The notes beneath the pieces are model-generated. The model did not search any database, had not been told where the DNA came from, and saw only the letters and a program-made list of their open reading frames with translations. From the NCBI GenBank assembly GCA_938091905.1, contig CALKOM010000117.1, forward strand, positions 11,844 to 75,843: a DNA stretch of 64,000 nt, in the 5' to 3' direction. Both the position numbers and the translations under genes were made by a program. Source of the DNA: an uncultured Verrucomicrobiales bacterium. GTDB lineage: Bacteria; Verrucomicrobiota; Verrucomicrobiia; Verrucomicrobiales; DEV007. Shown piece after piece: positions 38,796-48,798 of this stretch. Every line of letters begins with the position of its first letter. Within the stretch, counting starts at the first letter, position 1.

Positions 38796-39716
38796 ATGAA
38801 ACGTCTTCTCATCCTCACTGTGCTCGCTGGTTCTACGCTGCTTACTTCTGCTACCGAGATCACCCACTCCTTTCTTGGCGTCGGCAAAGCCAACCAAGCA
38901 ACGATCATCGGAGAAGATGGCAACGTGAACTGGAAAGCAGACTTTCCTGCAAGCGACGGCTGGGTCCTTCCTAACGGCAACGTGCTCCTCGCGCTCTACA
39001 AGTGCGAAGGGTTTCCTAACGGCGGAGCGGTCGAGATCGAACGATCCACAAAGAAGGTCCTCTTCCGCTATGTCGGCCAACAGAAAGAAACCAGTGCCGT
39101 CGAGAAACTCGCCAACGGAAACTACCTAGTCACCGAACTCGGCCCCAAACCTCAGGTCGTCGAGGTGAATAGCAACGGCAAGGTAATTAAGACCACCCCA
39201 CTCGCCTGCCAGAAGAAGAACGCACACATGCAAACACGCATGCTCCGCCAACTGCCAAACGGCAATTACCTCGCACCGCACCTCTTCGACTTTATCGTTA
39301 ACGAATACGAACCCGTGACTGGCAAAGTTCTAAAATCTTTTCCCACGGATGATCGCGGCCGCGAGAAGAAAGACTGGCCGTTCACAGCGATCCGCCTCGC
39401 CAACGGAAACACGCTCATCGGCTGCACAAATGGCAATCGCGTGATCGAAATCGACGCGGACGGCAAGATTGTCTGGAGCGTAAACAATGACGATCTCGGC
39501 GAGGAACTTATTCGCGACGCCTGTGGCGTTCAGCGCCTTCCCAACGGCAACACCGTGATCACCAGCTACTATGCCAAGGGTGACCAAGTGAATCTTATCG
39601 AAGTCTCTCGCGAGAAGAAAGTCGTCTGGCGCTACTCGGGTTCAAAGCACGGCTATCACCATTTCCAAATCCTCACCACCAATGGCAAGCCGATCGAGGG
39701 CAAGCCCATGCGCTAA
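38796..39716 (+). CDS. Exported beta-propeller repeat protein
   Basis: Signal peptide; repeated (V/R)LPNGN[VYT]L blades. Confidence 0.78.
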   Translation: MKRLLILTVLAGSTLLTSATEITHSFLGVGKANQATIIGEDGNVNWKADFPASDGWVLPNGNVLLALYKCEGFPNGGAVEIERSTKKVLFRYVGQQKETSAVEKLANGNYLVTELGPKPQVVEVNSNGKVIKTTPLACQKKNAHMQTRMLRQLPNGNYLAPHLFDFIVNEYEPVTGKVLKSFPTDDRGREKKDWPFTAIRLANGNTLIGCTNGNRVIEIDADGKIVWSVNNDDLGEELIRDACGVQRLPNGNTVITSYYAKGDQVNLIEVSREKKVVWRYSGSKHGYHHFQILTTNGKPIEGKPMR

Positions 39717-39743
39717 AGCCACTTCCAGAGGGATTCATCGTCT

Positions 39744-39910
39744 GTAGTGGAACGGGTTTCCGCTCCTTAAGTTTGGACTACCTTCTTCCCGTAGCGGAAC
39801 TGGCAACAGTTCCTTAACATTGGACCACTTTCACCCCATAGTGGAACCGGCAACAATTCCTCGAGATTCGGCCAATTCTCTCCTTAGTAACCGTTCCTTA
39901 AAATTGGACC
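39744..39910. repeat. Tandem 47-bp GTAG-type REP-like palindromic units (3 full + 1 partial)
   Basis: Units start at 39744, 39791 and 39838; consensus RTAGYGGAACNGG...TCCT; unit 2 forms ggaactg-gcaa-cagttcc. Confidence 0.75.
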
Positions 39911-39919
39911 CGCTAGCCC

Positions 39920-40666
39920 TTACTCTGCCAACTGAAAGAGCCCTTCAACTCCATCTCTCCACGCAGCCTTTGCGCTCTGATAGAGCGCAAGCACATCTGC
40001 TTTCCGACCGAGACGGTAAGTTGCTGAAGGAGCCACTGCAGCATCAAGCGACCGCTTGTTAGGAAGCCCATGATCCTCCGCGACCTGCTCACGCACATGG
40101 TGCCCTGTGGAGATCAGAGCTTGCACCCTCTGTAACGCAAGACGCCCTTCGACCAGCGGCTCAACCATCGGCTGAGCTGCCGTCTTCACAACCAAGCGTT
40201 CCTCATGATAGAATCGAGCAAACACTGCGCTGCGAGTCGAAACCATCACCTCGTAGATCTTAGTATGATCATCGACTACGTATTCCTGAAGACTCACTGT
40301 AACAATGTCAGAAACCTTAACTGTAAAGCCCCCGGTCGGTAACCGACACTCCCAGAATGGGGCTGACTTCGCCAGAGATTCAGAGGGTATCGACCCACCC
40401 TTCAGTTGCTCAGACAAAGGCACCGCGGCAATATTCGAAGCCGCCGCTGCTGCTGCCTCCTTGGGAAAAGCAGGCTCCGGCATGGGCACCGGGGCAAGCG
40501 TCGTCGGCTCTGGCAAATCAGCTGGAGGAGGATCGAGTAACACCGGATCCACCGAACTTTCCTGACCAAACGAGGTCACGGATCCCGCCAACAAGGCCAT
40601 CAAAAACGAAATATTTAGCGCTTTCACCGTTTCATTGTAGCTATGCCCAACTATCGTGTCAATCAA
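39920..40666 (-). CDS. Hypothetical exported protein with Pro-rich linker
   Basis: Signal-like segment, Pro/Ala-rich linker, globular C-terminal part (FWECRLPTG..QEYVVD); start uncertain. Confidence 0.65.
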   Translation of the reverse strand: MIDTIVGHSYNETVKALNISFLMALLAGSVTSFGQESSVDPVLLDPPPADLPEPTTLAPVPMPEPAFPKEAAAAAASNIAAVPLSEQLKGGSIPSESLAKSAPFWECRLPTGGFTVKVSDIVTVSLQEYVVDDHTKIYEVMVSTRSAVFARFYHEERLVVKTAAQPMVEPLVEGRLALQRVQALISTGHHVREQVAEDHGLPNKRSLDAAVAPSATYRLGRKADVLALYQSAKAAWRDGVEGLFQLAE

Positions 40667-40926
40667 CTAGAGCGTCAGCGGCGGAACTCCGGAAACACTG
40701 AGGTGGGAAAGCCTCTGAAAGTCCCCTTAAATCGACTCTCCATCTTCAGTTACTAAATGTCAGAGATGTCGGCAATTTCACATCGTTCAAGTCTCTGACA
40801 ACGTCTGCAACCGTATAGTCCGTCCTGAGAAGCCTTTACCTAAGAGCTCAGCCGGAACTCCATCCAGCATGGCTAAATTGAATCAGTTTCTAGACAGTGG
40901 GCCCTTTATCACAGCAAACTGAATCA

Positions 40927-42447
40927 ATGAAACTACCTACAGATAGAACTTTCAGACGTCGACCGTTTTTGACGATGATAGTCTCGGTATTGGCCTTCGG
41001 TCCCCGCGCGGTCGCCAGAGTCACCGCACCACTCTTCAAGGTTTCGCTCAAAGATGCCCACAAGGGAACCCTCGAAGTCGATACCCAGCTACTCGATAGC
41101 TTCAAACGTTTGCCAGAGAATATCCGCTCGTTCTATCTGAAATCCCGAGCCGTCTTCGACGGATCGCCCACGGCGGACTTTTCCGATCCTACCATAGTAG
41201 AAGCGGCCAAAACTCATGACCTCCCCCTCATGGGTGGGCCAATGCTTGGCGACCTGCATTCAGACAGTGTTACTGTATGGCTTCGACCTGCCCAGGTTGG
41301 GGCGTTGTCGATTAAGGTAACGAATGAGGACGGAGGGGCCGCTCAGTCAATCGATGTTAAGCCCCTCAAGAGTGGAATAGATCAACGTGTTCGCATCGGA
41401 GGACTCGTGCCGAACACCGCATACCGATATGAGGTTCTGGCAAACGGTCAGAATGTCGCCGAGGGCGAGTTTGTCACCGCGCCGGTCGACGACGCAAAGG
41501 GTGTGTTTCGCGTCTCATTCGGATCGTGTTGCCACAAGATTGGCATCCACAATCCAAATTTGTTTACGCAAATACGTATGCGCGCGCCGCACGCCATGTT
41601 GATCCTGGGTGACAGTGCTGTTGATGATCGTGAAGACCAGATCAACATGCATCGGGCGGACTACCAGCTTCGCGATGTTTCCGCGCCCTGGCGAGACCTG
41701 ACGGCAAACATTCCCGTTTATGCCTCCTGGGACGATCACGATTACTTTAACAATGACCTCAATGGAATCCCCAAGAGGTTCAGTGCGGCAGACCGCGATG
41801 CCGTTAGGTCAGTCTGGCGGCAAAACTGGAACAATCCGATGGCGAGCGATAACAGGGAAGGTATCTATTTCAATACGCGAATAGGGCCAACAGAAGTGAT
41901 CATGCTAGACACGCGCTCCTGCAGGGACAACAACCGCCGCAACCAAAGGCACTCCTATCTTGGCGAACAGCAAATGACCTGGCTCAAGAATACACTGCAA
42001 TCCTCCACCGCGCCGTTCAAGATCATCAGCAGCGGCACGATGTGGAGTGATTATGTTAGCAAGGCCAAGGATTCGTGGGGCAGCTGGGACGTTGAAGCCC
42101 GGGAAGAGATCTTCGGCTTGATAGAACGAGAAAAGATCGGTGGTGTTCTTTTAATAAGCGGCGACCGCCATGGTGCTCGCGGATTCAAGATCCCACGCCC
42201 GTCAGGATTTGCCTTTCATGAATTTGAAGCAGCGACACTGGGTGGCGTTTCAGGCCCTGCCGGGCTGGTCAAGAATTGCCCAGAGCAACTCTTTGGTTAT
42301 GGAGGTGGGGATTTCATCGCTTGTGGTGAGTTCACATTCGACACCTCTGGCAAAGACCCTCGGGTCACGTTTCGCCTGATTGACCAATCCGGCATCATTA
42401 AAGAGGAGCATACCTTTACCTTGCAGCAGCTAACACCGGGCATCTAA
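40927..42447 (+). CDS. PhoD-like alkaline phosphatase D family protein
   Basis: Tat-like FRRRPFL, LGD, WDDHD, LDTRS, SGDRH. Confidence 0.87.
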   Translation: MKLPTDRTFRRRPFLTMIVSVLAFGPRAVARVTAPLFKVSLKDAHKGTLEVDTQLLDSFKRLPENIRSFYLKSRAVFDGSPTADFSDPTIVEAAKTHDLPLMGGPMLGDLHSDSVTVWLRPAQVGALSIKVTNEDGGAAQSIDVKPLKSGIDQRVRIGGLVPNTAYRYEVLANGQNVAEGEFVTAPVDDAKGVFRVSFGSCCHKIGIHNPNLFTQIRMRAPHAMLILGDSAVDDREDQINMHRADYQLRDVSAPWRDLTANIPVYASWDDHDYFNNDLNGIPKRFSAADRDAVRSVWRQNWNNPMASDNREGIYFNTRIGPTEVIMLDTRSCRDNNRRNQRHSYLGEQQMTWLKNTLQSSTAPFKIISSGTMWSDYVSKAKDSWGSWDVEAREEIFGLIEREKIGGVLLISGDRHGARGFKIPRPSGFAFHEFEAATLGGVSGPAGLVKNCPEQLFGYGGGDFIACGEFTFDTSGKDPRVTFRLIDQSGIIKEEHTFTLQQLTPGI

Positions 42448-42550
42448 CCGTCGGTGAACAAAAACCTATGATTCTCTCTACAGGACAACGTTTGTCCCAC
42501 TACGAGATTCTTACCCCCTTGCTTCAAGGGCGATGGGGGAAGTCTATCCG

Positions 42551-42589
42551 GCTAGTGACACGCTGCTAGTGACACGCTGCTATTACACG
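42551..42589. repeat. 14-bp tandem repeat (2 perfect + 1 degenerate copy)
   Basis: gctagtgacacgct x2 followed by gctattacacg. Confidence 0.75.
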
Positions 42590-42882
42590 AGGTCGCACTT
42601 TTAGAAACCGCTGCCGACATCGTTCTTGTCGACGGCATGTTACAATAGCCAAAGCGAGATTCAAGCAGCCGGGTGGCGTCATCCACGACCATTCACGAGC
42701 GATCATTCGGCTAGTCTCCATGAGCATAGCACGTCTCCTATTGCCAAATTCATCGCATTTAGGAAATCTATCGAACCGACAAAAAGCGGAATCAATTTGC
42801 TAAGTTCAGGCAAACTTCAATCGATCGACTGCCATGAGGCAATTCGAATCTGATCAATCGCGGATGACAGCAGCAGCCGAGA

Positions 42883-44301
42883 TCACGGCGCGGCCTTGAC
42901 CGGTTTCATTTCGTGGACCGCACCGATGATGGTTTCCTCAATGGCCTCATCCCAAAGAGCAGGAAATCCGTAGTAAACATTCGAACCGCCACCTTCATAG
43001 CCTCCTTCTTTAAGGACGCGGAGAGAGGGAATGTAAGCCATGACATCATTGGCGTAGGCGGCCACCCAAGTCTTTTCACCAAGTCGCTCGCGTTTCAATC
43101 GATTCGCATAATCCACCACGACTTCGCCTCCCAGCCAGACGAAATCAATCTCATCTCCAAGTGACCAAACACCAATTGGAAAGGGATACGTTCCATCCAG
43201 ACCGGCCTTGTCTCCGCCGCTCTTCTTACTCTCGGCTAACAGATACCGCGCCCGTGCTCGTTCGTAGCCTTCCGCTTTGGTGGCGGTTTCCTGAAACTGT
43301 TCGATGGTGGGCAGATCGGCGAGAGGTGCCTCAATCTCGCGAAACTGCGCCGTCAGTTTCGGCGCGACTTCCGGCATCGGAGAGTCGAGGGTTTTCTCAA
43401 TGGCCTCGGCCAGCTCAGCTCCATAGTTCTCTGCTAGCACAATCTCGGAACGCGGCAATGGATTCTGATCCGCGCCGCAGCCTGCCCAGAACAGCGCCAC
43501 GCAACCGGGATGTTCTTTCTCGATCGCGATCTGAGCATACCCTGGGTAGTCGCCGCACCATTGCAGACCCGACAAGGTCGTAGCATGACAGGCGTATCCG
43601 AAGAGAACCGCACGCAGCGTAGCATCCTCGGGATCACGCACACTGAGCACAGGCACATCGTGATCGACCGGTCCCTTTAGTGTTCCCCCGTCTCGCCATT
43701 CAGAAACTTTATTAGAGGGATTTTCACGCCGGTTTACGGCAAAGGTAGAGAGGCCGCTTCCCCACTGCACCCTAGCAGGCTCCAAATCAGCAATGGCACT
43801 CCCCGCCACCGCAACGACTTTAGAGACAAGAATCTCAGCATAGGCATCGACTTTCTGCTGCTGCTGCGTATCAAGAAGCCACCAGTGCAGCGGTCCGAGG
43901 TTTCGTCGGCCCACCACAGGCCCACTGTGGGTGTGTGAGGTCGCAATCACAATCTGCTCACGCCCCAATCCGTAGGCCTGCCCAATTTTTTCACAGATCA
44001 GCGCGGACATCTCCCGATCGATCCCGATCAAATCGAGTGAGAGAACGAGCCCACGGTTACCCGCCGCATCTTCAACCGCCAAGGCTTTAGCCCAGAGGTC
44101 CGTGAGCACCACACCATCAGACGGCGTCTTTCGGCTAGCATAGCCCGCCATCCAAGTCGGTTTATCTGGCGTGATGACGACAGAAGCCACACCAACCTCC
44201 CACGTAGACTCCGAATCTGCAGCAACAATTAGCAAAATCCCGAAGACAGAAAATAAACTAAACAGAAACAGTCGGATCAATAAGGCGAATCGATTCATCA
44301 A
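42883..44301 (-). CDS. Neutral/alkaline non-lysosomal ceramidase N-terminal-domain protein
   Basis: MAGYASR, ATSHTHSGP, YACHATTL, GCGADQNP, EGGYEG. Confidence 0.85.
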   Translation of the reverse strand: MMNRFALLIRLFLFSLFSVFGILLIVAADSESTWEVGVASVVITPDKPTWMAGYASRKTPSDGVVLTDLWAKALAVEDAAGNRGLVLSLDLIGIDREMSALICEKIGQAYGLGREQIVIATSHTHSGPVVGRRNLGPLHWWLLDTQQQQKVDAYAEILVSKVVAVAGSAIADLEPARVQWGSGLSTFAVNRRENPSNKVSEWRDGGTLKGPVDHDVPVLSVRDPEDATLRAVLFGYACHATTLSGLQWCGDYPGYAQIAIEKEHPGCVALFWAGCGADQNPLPRSEIVLAENYGAELAEAIEKTLDSPMPEVAPKLTAQFREIEAPLADLPTIEQFQETATKAEGYERARARYLLAESKKSGGDKAGLDGTYPFPIGVWSLGDEIDFVWLGGEVVVDYANRLKRERLGEKTWVAAYANDVMAYIPSLRVLKEGGYEGGGSNVYYGFPALWDEAIEETIIGAVHEMKPVKAAP

Positions 44302-44739
44302 GTCAGGTTGGCAAGTTCACAGGATTGTGATGGTTTTCGCTCAAAGGGGGAAGGCCGTTTCGCAAAGATCTTGGAATTCGGTGAAGAAAATTAAGAATCT
44401 CTCAAGAAAACTCCCGCCCACTTAATAACACTAACTTATAATCAACGCAGTCCTTTTCCCCACATCCAAGTATAGAGAGAGATTGGTGAGGGACAATCCA
44501 CTACCTTCCAACATTTTGCCGACTCGCCACTTCTGTTGATTCCGACTATTGACAGTCAGTTCGATATCATTCTTTTAGGCTTAACTTTCTGAGGTTCGTA
44601 AGGAGTTCCAGCGACCTCAAAGATCTCCGGCATCGTCAACAACCGCGGTCACTAGCAAGAGTGTATTCCGGGGAAACCATAGCAGGAAAGAGATAGAGAC
44701 AGCAAGCTCACCCCGACCCTAGTTTACAATCAATAGCCC

Positions 44740-45627
44740 CTAGCGAGAAAGCACCTGGCCAATCACCGTCAGCACTTGATCAAAAGGTGTTCGTTGAAAT
44801 ACCGTCTCTTTGCGGAACCAGGTTTCCTGACGTTTTGCATAGCGGCGTGACGCTTGCTGAATCGCAGCGATCGCTTCGCCCAACGTCACGTCCCCGCGTA
44901 GATGAGCCTGGAGATCACTTATTCCGATTGCCTTGGCAGCCGTCGCCGATAACGATCCTGACAGGGAGGCAACCTCATCGAGTGCTCCGTGAGAAATCAT
45001 GTCATGCACTCGGGCATTGATGCGTTGATAGAGAGTCTCCCGCTCCCTCGTGATGACCACGCCAACGATATCTGAGGGATCATCGTGCTGCCAGCCTGCC
45101 TTCAGTACAGAAGCAGGAACACCCGACAAGAGGGTCATCTCAAGGGCACGAATCACGTAGCGCGGGTTCTTCAGGTTCATCGCCTGAGCTCCCTGCGGAT
45201 CGACACACTCTAACCAAGCCACGACATTCTCCAACGGCAAGGCCTCAAGTTTCTCGCGAAGCGCGATATCTCCGGGCGGAGAATCTGCTAGACCATGCGT
45301 CAGGGCCTTGATGTATAGTCCATTGCCTCCCACAATGATGGGGCGCTTGCCTCGAGATTGGATCTCCTCAATAACGACACCCGCTTCCTTGGCATAGCGG
45401 GCAACATTGTAGTCCTCTTCTATACCGACAGTCTCATAGAGATGATGAGGCACCTGCAAACGCTCCTCCTCTGAAGGACCGGCCGTGATGACGGAGAGTC
45501 CACGGTAAATCTGAAAGGCATCCGCATTGACGACCTCGCCGTCCCAGCGCATTGCCAACTCAAGCGCAATTCCCGACTTCCCACTTCCCGTGGGACCAAC
45601 CACGTAGCAAGGCGAGAGCAATTTCAT
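44740..45627 (-). CDS. miaA: tRNA dimethylallyltransferase
   Basis: GPTGSGKS, NADAFQIYRG, VPHHL, RRYAKRQETWF; start trimmed to MKLLSP, which overlaps the rsmI stop (ATGA). Confidence 0.95.
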   Translation of the reverse strand: MKLLSPCYVVGPTGSGKSGIALELAMRWDGEVVNADAFQIYRGLSVITAGPSEEERLQVPHHLYETVGIEEDYNVARYAKEAGVVIEEIQSRGKRPIIVGGNGLYIKALTHGLADSPPGDIALREKLEALPLENVVAWLECVDPQGAQAMNLKNPRYVIRALEMTLLSGVPASVLKAGWQHDDPSDIVGVVITRERETLYQRINARVHDMISHGALDEVASLSGSLSATAAKAIGISDLQAHLRGDVTLGEAIAAIQQASRRYAKRQETWFRKETVFQRTPFDQVLTVIGQVLSR

Positions 45628-46355
45628 CCTTCTGCCGAAGATTGCTCGGACGGGTCCACAAACCATTTCGGCAGTTTGCTCGGGGCAATGACGAGCGTGA
45701 TCTCTCCCTTCGGCGGCTGGTCGACATAGTGATCCGCAAGCGTTCGAACAGTAGCACGCCGGAATTCTTGATGGCGCTTGGTCAACTCGCGTGCAACACA
45801 AGCCCAGCGAGTGGGTTCTGATGTCGCCAGCACTTCTAGCGAACGTACCAAGCGATGGGGCGATTCAAAGTACACGCAGGTTTCTTCCCGAGCCAACGCC
45901 TCGGTGAGAACACGCTGACGTTGGCCAGACTTGTTCGGCAAGAAACCACCATAATAGAACGTCGCGGTCGGCAATCCTGAGCCGGCCAAGGCCGTAATCA
46001 CAGCGCTCGGACCTGGCAAAACATCGTACGATATCCCCTCAGCAAAGCAGCGCTGCACAAAGCGCTGCCCTGGATCGGAGATGGTTGGCGAACCGGCATC
46101 TGAAATCAAAGCGACCGTCTTGCCTTGCTTGATCTCCTCAATCAGCGCCGCGCTTCGCATCGCTTCGTTGTGCTCATGCAAACTAATCTTCCGCGTGTCT
46201 ATCTGATAATGTTGCAACAAGCGTCCGGAATGGCGCGTATCCTCACAGGCCACAATATCCGCATCACGAAGCGTCTCCTCTGCTCGATGTGTGAGATCGC
46301 CCAGATTCCCAATCGGCGTTGGCACGAGAACGAGTCGGCCCCAATCAGCATTCAT
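45624..46355 (-). CDS. rsmI: 16S rRNA (cytidine1402-2'-O)-methyltransferase
   Basis: PTPIGNLGD, CEDTR, SDAGSPTISDPG, FESPHR, RELTK, KGEI. Confidence 0.95.
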   Translation of the reverse strand: MNADWGRLVLVPTPIGNLGDLTHRAEETLRDADIVACEDTRHSGRLLQHYQIDTRKISLHEHNEAMRSAALIEEIKQGKTVALISDAGSPTISDPGQRFVQRCFAEGISYDVLPGPSAVITALAGSGLPTATFYYGGFLPNKSGQRQRVLTEALAREETCVYFESPHRLVRSLEVLATSEPTRWACVARELTKRHQEFRRATVRTLADHYVDQPPKGEITLVIAPSKLPKWFVDPSEQSSAEG

Positions 46356-46372
46356 CTTTTTTCTCGCTATAA

Positions 46373-46885
46373 CTACCAACCCTCGCCCAGTCGACTGACG
46401 AGACTCTCAGCAAGCCTCTCGGCGACGTGGGGCAGTGCCTGGCGTTCGGACAACTGAAAGTTTGGGTCGAGAAACTGACTCACTTCGCCTTCCACCTGCC
46501 CCTCATCGAGGATCTCTCCGGTTCGACGGCTGCGCAGCTTGAATGCAACTACTAACGTGAACTCCAACTCACTCGTCCGAAGCGTGTTGAAGCGCGCCGA
46601 ACGCGTTTGACGCCGATTCAACTCCACAATTGAGGCTTCCAAGATGGCATCCGATCGATTGGCACTTCCAATGCTATAGGTACCATCGCGCTGAAACTGC
46701 TGGATAACCGCATTCGTCACGAACACCGCACTCCGCGGCTCTAGGGTCTCATTCTTAAAGGTCGGCACATAAATCGTTGTCACCGATGCGAATTTCGCAG
46801 GCTTCACATAACCCAATTTATATCCGCAATTCGTTAGCCCTATCAGGAACATCAAAGCGAGGGAAAGACTGCGAAGTATTCCCAT
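46373..46885 (-). CDS. lptE: LptE-family LPS-assembly lipoprotein
   Basis: Lipobox LTNCGY, IYVPTFKNET; position next to bamD; start trimmed to MGILRSL. Confidence 0.75.
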   Translation of the reverse strand: MGILRSLSLALMFLIGLTNCGYKLGYVKPAKFASVTTIYVPTFKNETLEPRSAVFVTNAVIQQFQRDGTYSIGSANRSDAILEASIVELNRRQTRSARFNTLRTSELEFTLVVAFKLRSRRTGEILDEGQVEGEVSQFLDPNFQLSERQALPHVAERLAESLVSRLGEGW

Positions 46886-46895
46886 GGGTCTGGGG

Positions 46896-48263
46896 CTATT
46901 CGCCATCGTCGCCCTCACCCTCCTCGGGAACTGGCGGCAGGAGTGAATCGATGTCAACATCAGCATCAACAACCGGAGCCTCTCCCAGGCCAAGAATATC
47001 TGAATCGGATACAGAAGGCGGCGACGGCACCAGCGGGTCCACATCAAATCCGGGGGCTTTCCCAGGAAGATCAGGCTCAGGCGCAACAGGCAAAGGCACC
47101 GGCTGCACATTCGAAGGAACCAGCGGCGTGTCCTTCTTTGGTGCAGGTTCAGAAATCGGCATCGATCTCCTGGTCGGCTTCTTCTTCCCTAAATCAGGAG
47201 CAGGCGGCCCAAGATAGTTCCTCTGCGCCTTCAAGCGCTCACTAGGAGCGGCTTTCGTTACCGCCTCGTCGATTTGCGCAAGCTCAAGGGCCTTTGGATC
47301 GATATTGCCAACGCGATCAATTCCCTGACGTGCTTCCAACTTCAAAGCAGCGTTGCTAGACAGAAGAACGTCTTTGTAATAGATGGCCGCCCCCTTCATA
47401 TTTCCCTGCTTCTCGTAAAACTGTCCGAATTTCAAACTATTCCGAGCGGTCTTCTCATCGATCGAATTCAGTTGAGCATAGGCATCGCCACTCTCTCTGT
47501 GTTGTGGAAAATTTGTTAGGAAATCCTCGTAGGCCTCACGAGACTGAGTGAGATTGGCAGGACTGTCAGGACGTCGATTTGTAAGATCGTAGATCTCCGC
47601 AATCTTCAGTTGAGCTTGCGGTGCTTTCGGGCTTCGCGGGTACTCATCGACCACCGCTTGGAAGGCGGTGATCGCCTCGTCATACCGCTTACGCCCCTCG
47701 TGGATTCTAGCAATATAATATTGGCTATTGGCGGCGTAAATCGAGGCAGGCGCGTTGGTAATGATGGTCCCAAACATTTCAAGCACATTGTCTCGAGACA
47801 TCTTCTTCGGTACCACCCCGAGGAAAGAATCCTTCTTCTCTGTGAGAGCAGCCACCGTCATGTTGTACTGTTGCTCGACCGCGCGCTGGAAACGCGAACT
47901 ACCACGATAACGATCGACCAGCGTCTGATAATACTCGAAGGCCTTACTCAGCTCACCTTGGGACTGCAGGAGCTCAGCTGCACGAAAGTTTGCCTCAGCT
48001 GCATACTGAGAGAAGTAGTACTTCCGACTAATCGTACTGTATTGATCGAGCGCCTTCTTTCCTTTGCTCGCCTTCTGGTTGGCCTCAGCCTTGGCAAACA
48101 AATTGGATGCTTTGCGATCATGCTCGGCCACTTCCTTCTTGGTCGGCACTCGATCACGATCTTTCTTCGAGAAGATTCCGAAGATAGCATGGCTTGGCTG
48201 CAACGTGGCCAGCCCGAGGAGAAGGGCCACAGCGAGTGTGCCTCGCAAGGATGTCTTGGTCAT
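46896..48263 (-). CDS. bamD: Outer membrane assembly factor BamD-like TPR protein with Pro-rich tail
   Basis: TPRs (AFQAVVDEYPRSPKAPQAQ; YEDFLTNFP; GQFYEKQG..AAIYY); bamD-lptE synteny. Confidence 0.8.
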   Translation of the reverse strand: MTKTSLRGTLAVALLLGLATLQPSHAIFGIFSKKDRDRVPTKKEVAEHDRKASNLFAKAEANQKASKGKKALDQYSTISRKYYFSQYAAEANFRAAELLQSQGELSKAFEYYQTLVDRYRGSSRFQRAVEQQYNMTVAALTEKKDSFLGVVPKKMSRDNVLEMFGTIITNAPASIYAANSQYYIARIHEGRKRYDEAITAFQAVVDEYPRSPKAPQAQLKIAEIYDLTNRRPDSPANLTQSREAYEDFLTNFPQHRESGDAYAQLNSIDEKTARNSLKFGQFYEKQGNMKGAAIYYKDVLLSSNAALKLEARQGIDRVGNIDPKALELAQIDEAVTKAAPSERLKAQRNYLGPPAPDLGKKKPTRRSMPISEPAPKKDTPLVPSNVQPVPLPVAPEPDLPGKAPGFDVDPLVPSPPSVSDSDILGLGEAPVVDADVDIDSLLPPVPEEGEGDDGE

Positions 48264-48328
48264 AACTGCATTCTCAAGCGGGGAGTCGTCTCGTCAAGAA
48301 CACGCACCACCAGAAATGAGAACCTTTG

Positions 48329-48363
48329 TTGATTTCTTTTAAATTGCATCTAAAATACAGCTT
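48329..48363 (+). promoter_or_regulatory. Promoter of the Rrf2 gene overlapped by an NsrR-type operator
   Basis: TTGATT (48329) - 16 nt - TAAAAT (48351). 48341-48363 AAATTGCATCTAAAATACAGCTT resembles the NsrR 11-1-11 box (AAGATGCATTTnAAATACATCTT) and abuts the ATG. Confidence 0.65.
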
Positions 48364-48798
48364 ATGGAAATCAGCCAATTTAGCGATTACGCCCTCCGAG
48401 TGCTGATATTTTCAGGGTTGGAGGCGGAACGGTGCTCCGTGCCGGAAATTGCCAAGGCCCACAACATTTCGCACCACCACTTGGTCAAAGTGGTGCACCA
48501 TCTCGCAAAAGCAGGCTTCCTCCAGACCTTTCGGGGTCGTGGCGGAGGCTTTCAACTCGCCAAAGATCCAGGAACGTTCACGGTCGCTGAGGTTCTCCGG
48601 TCCACCGAGAATCTCGCATTGGTCGAGTGCCTGCCCCCTCGAGAAGGAACCTGTTGCCTGTCTGGGTGCTGCGTCCTGAAAGGCGCGATTCTGAAAGCTC
48701 GCCACGCTTTTCTAGCCGTGCTTGATGGCTACACTCTAAAAGATCTGCTCCTCCCACGACGCACCCTACGCGAAGCCCTCGCCCTTTCGCCAGAATGA
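48364..48798 (+). CDS. nsrR: Rrf2-family regulator, NsrR-like
   Basis: SDYALRVL, HLVKVVH.L, RGRGGG, LVEC-x7-C...C Fe-S ligand region, AFLAVLDGYTL. Confidence 0.75.
   Translation: MEISQFSDYALRVLIFSGLEAERCSVPEIAKAHNISHHHLVKVVHHLAKAGFLQTFRGRGGGFQLAKDPGTFTVAEVLRSTENLALVECLPPREGTCCLSGCCVLKGAILKARHAFLAVLDGYTLKDLLLPRRTLREALALSPE

Noticed and set aside
39744..39910. CRISPR array
   Set aside because: The 47-nt period is too short, the repeats are degenerate, the linkers resemble each other instead of being unique spacers, and there are no cas genes.
40787..40800. tRNA-like or terminator structure near tgtcagaga...tctctgaca upstream of the phoD-like gene
   Set aside because: Only a 9-bp inverted pair; no cloverleaf and no U-tract.
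44302..44739. Possible ncRNA in the 440-bp gap between the ceramidase-like gene and miaA
   Set aside because: No recognisable RNA family motif or convincing ORF by eye; an Rfam/Infernal scan would be needed.
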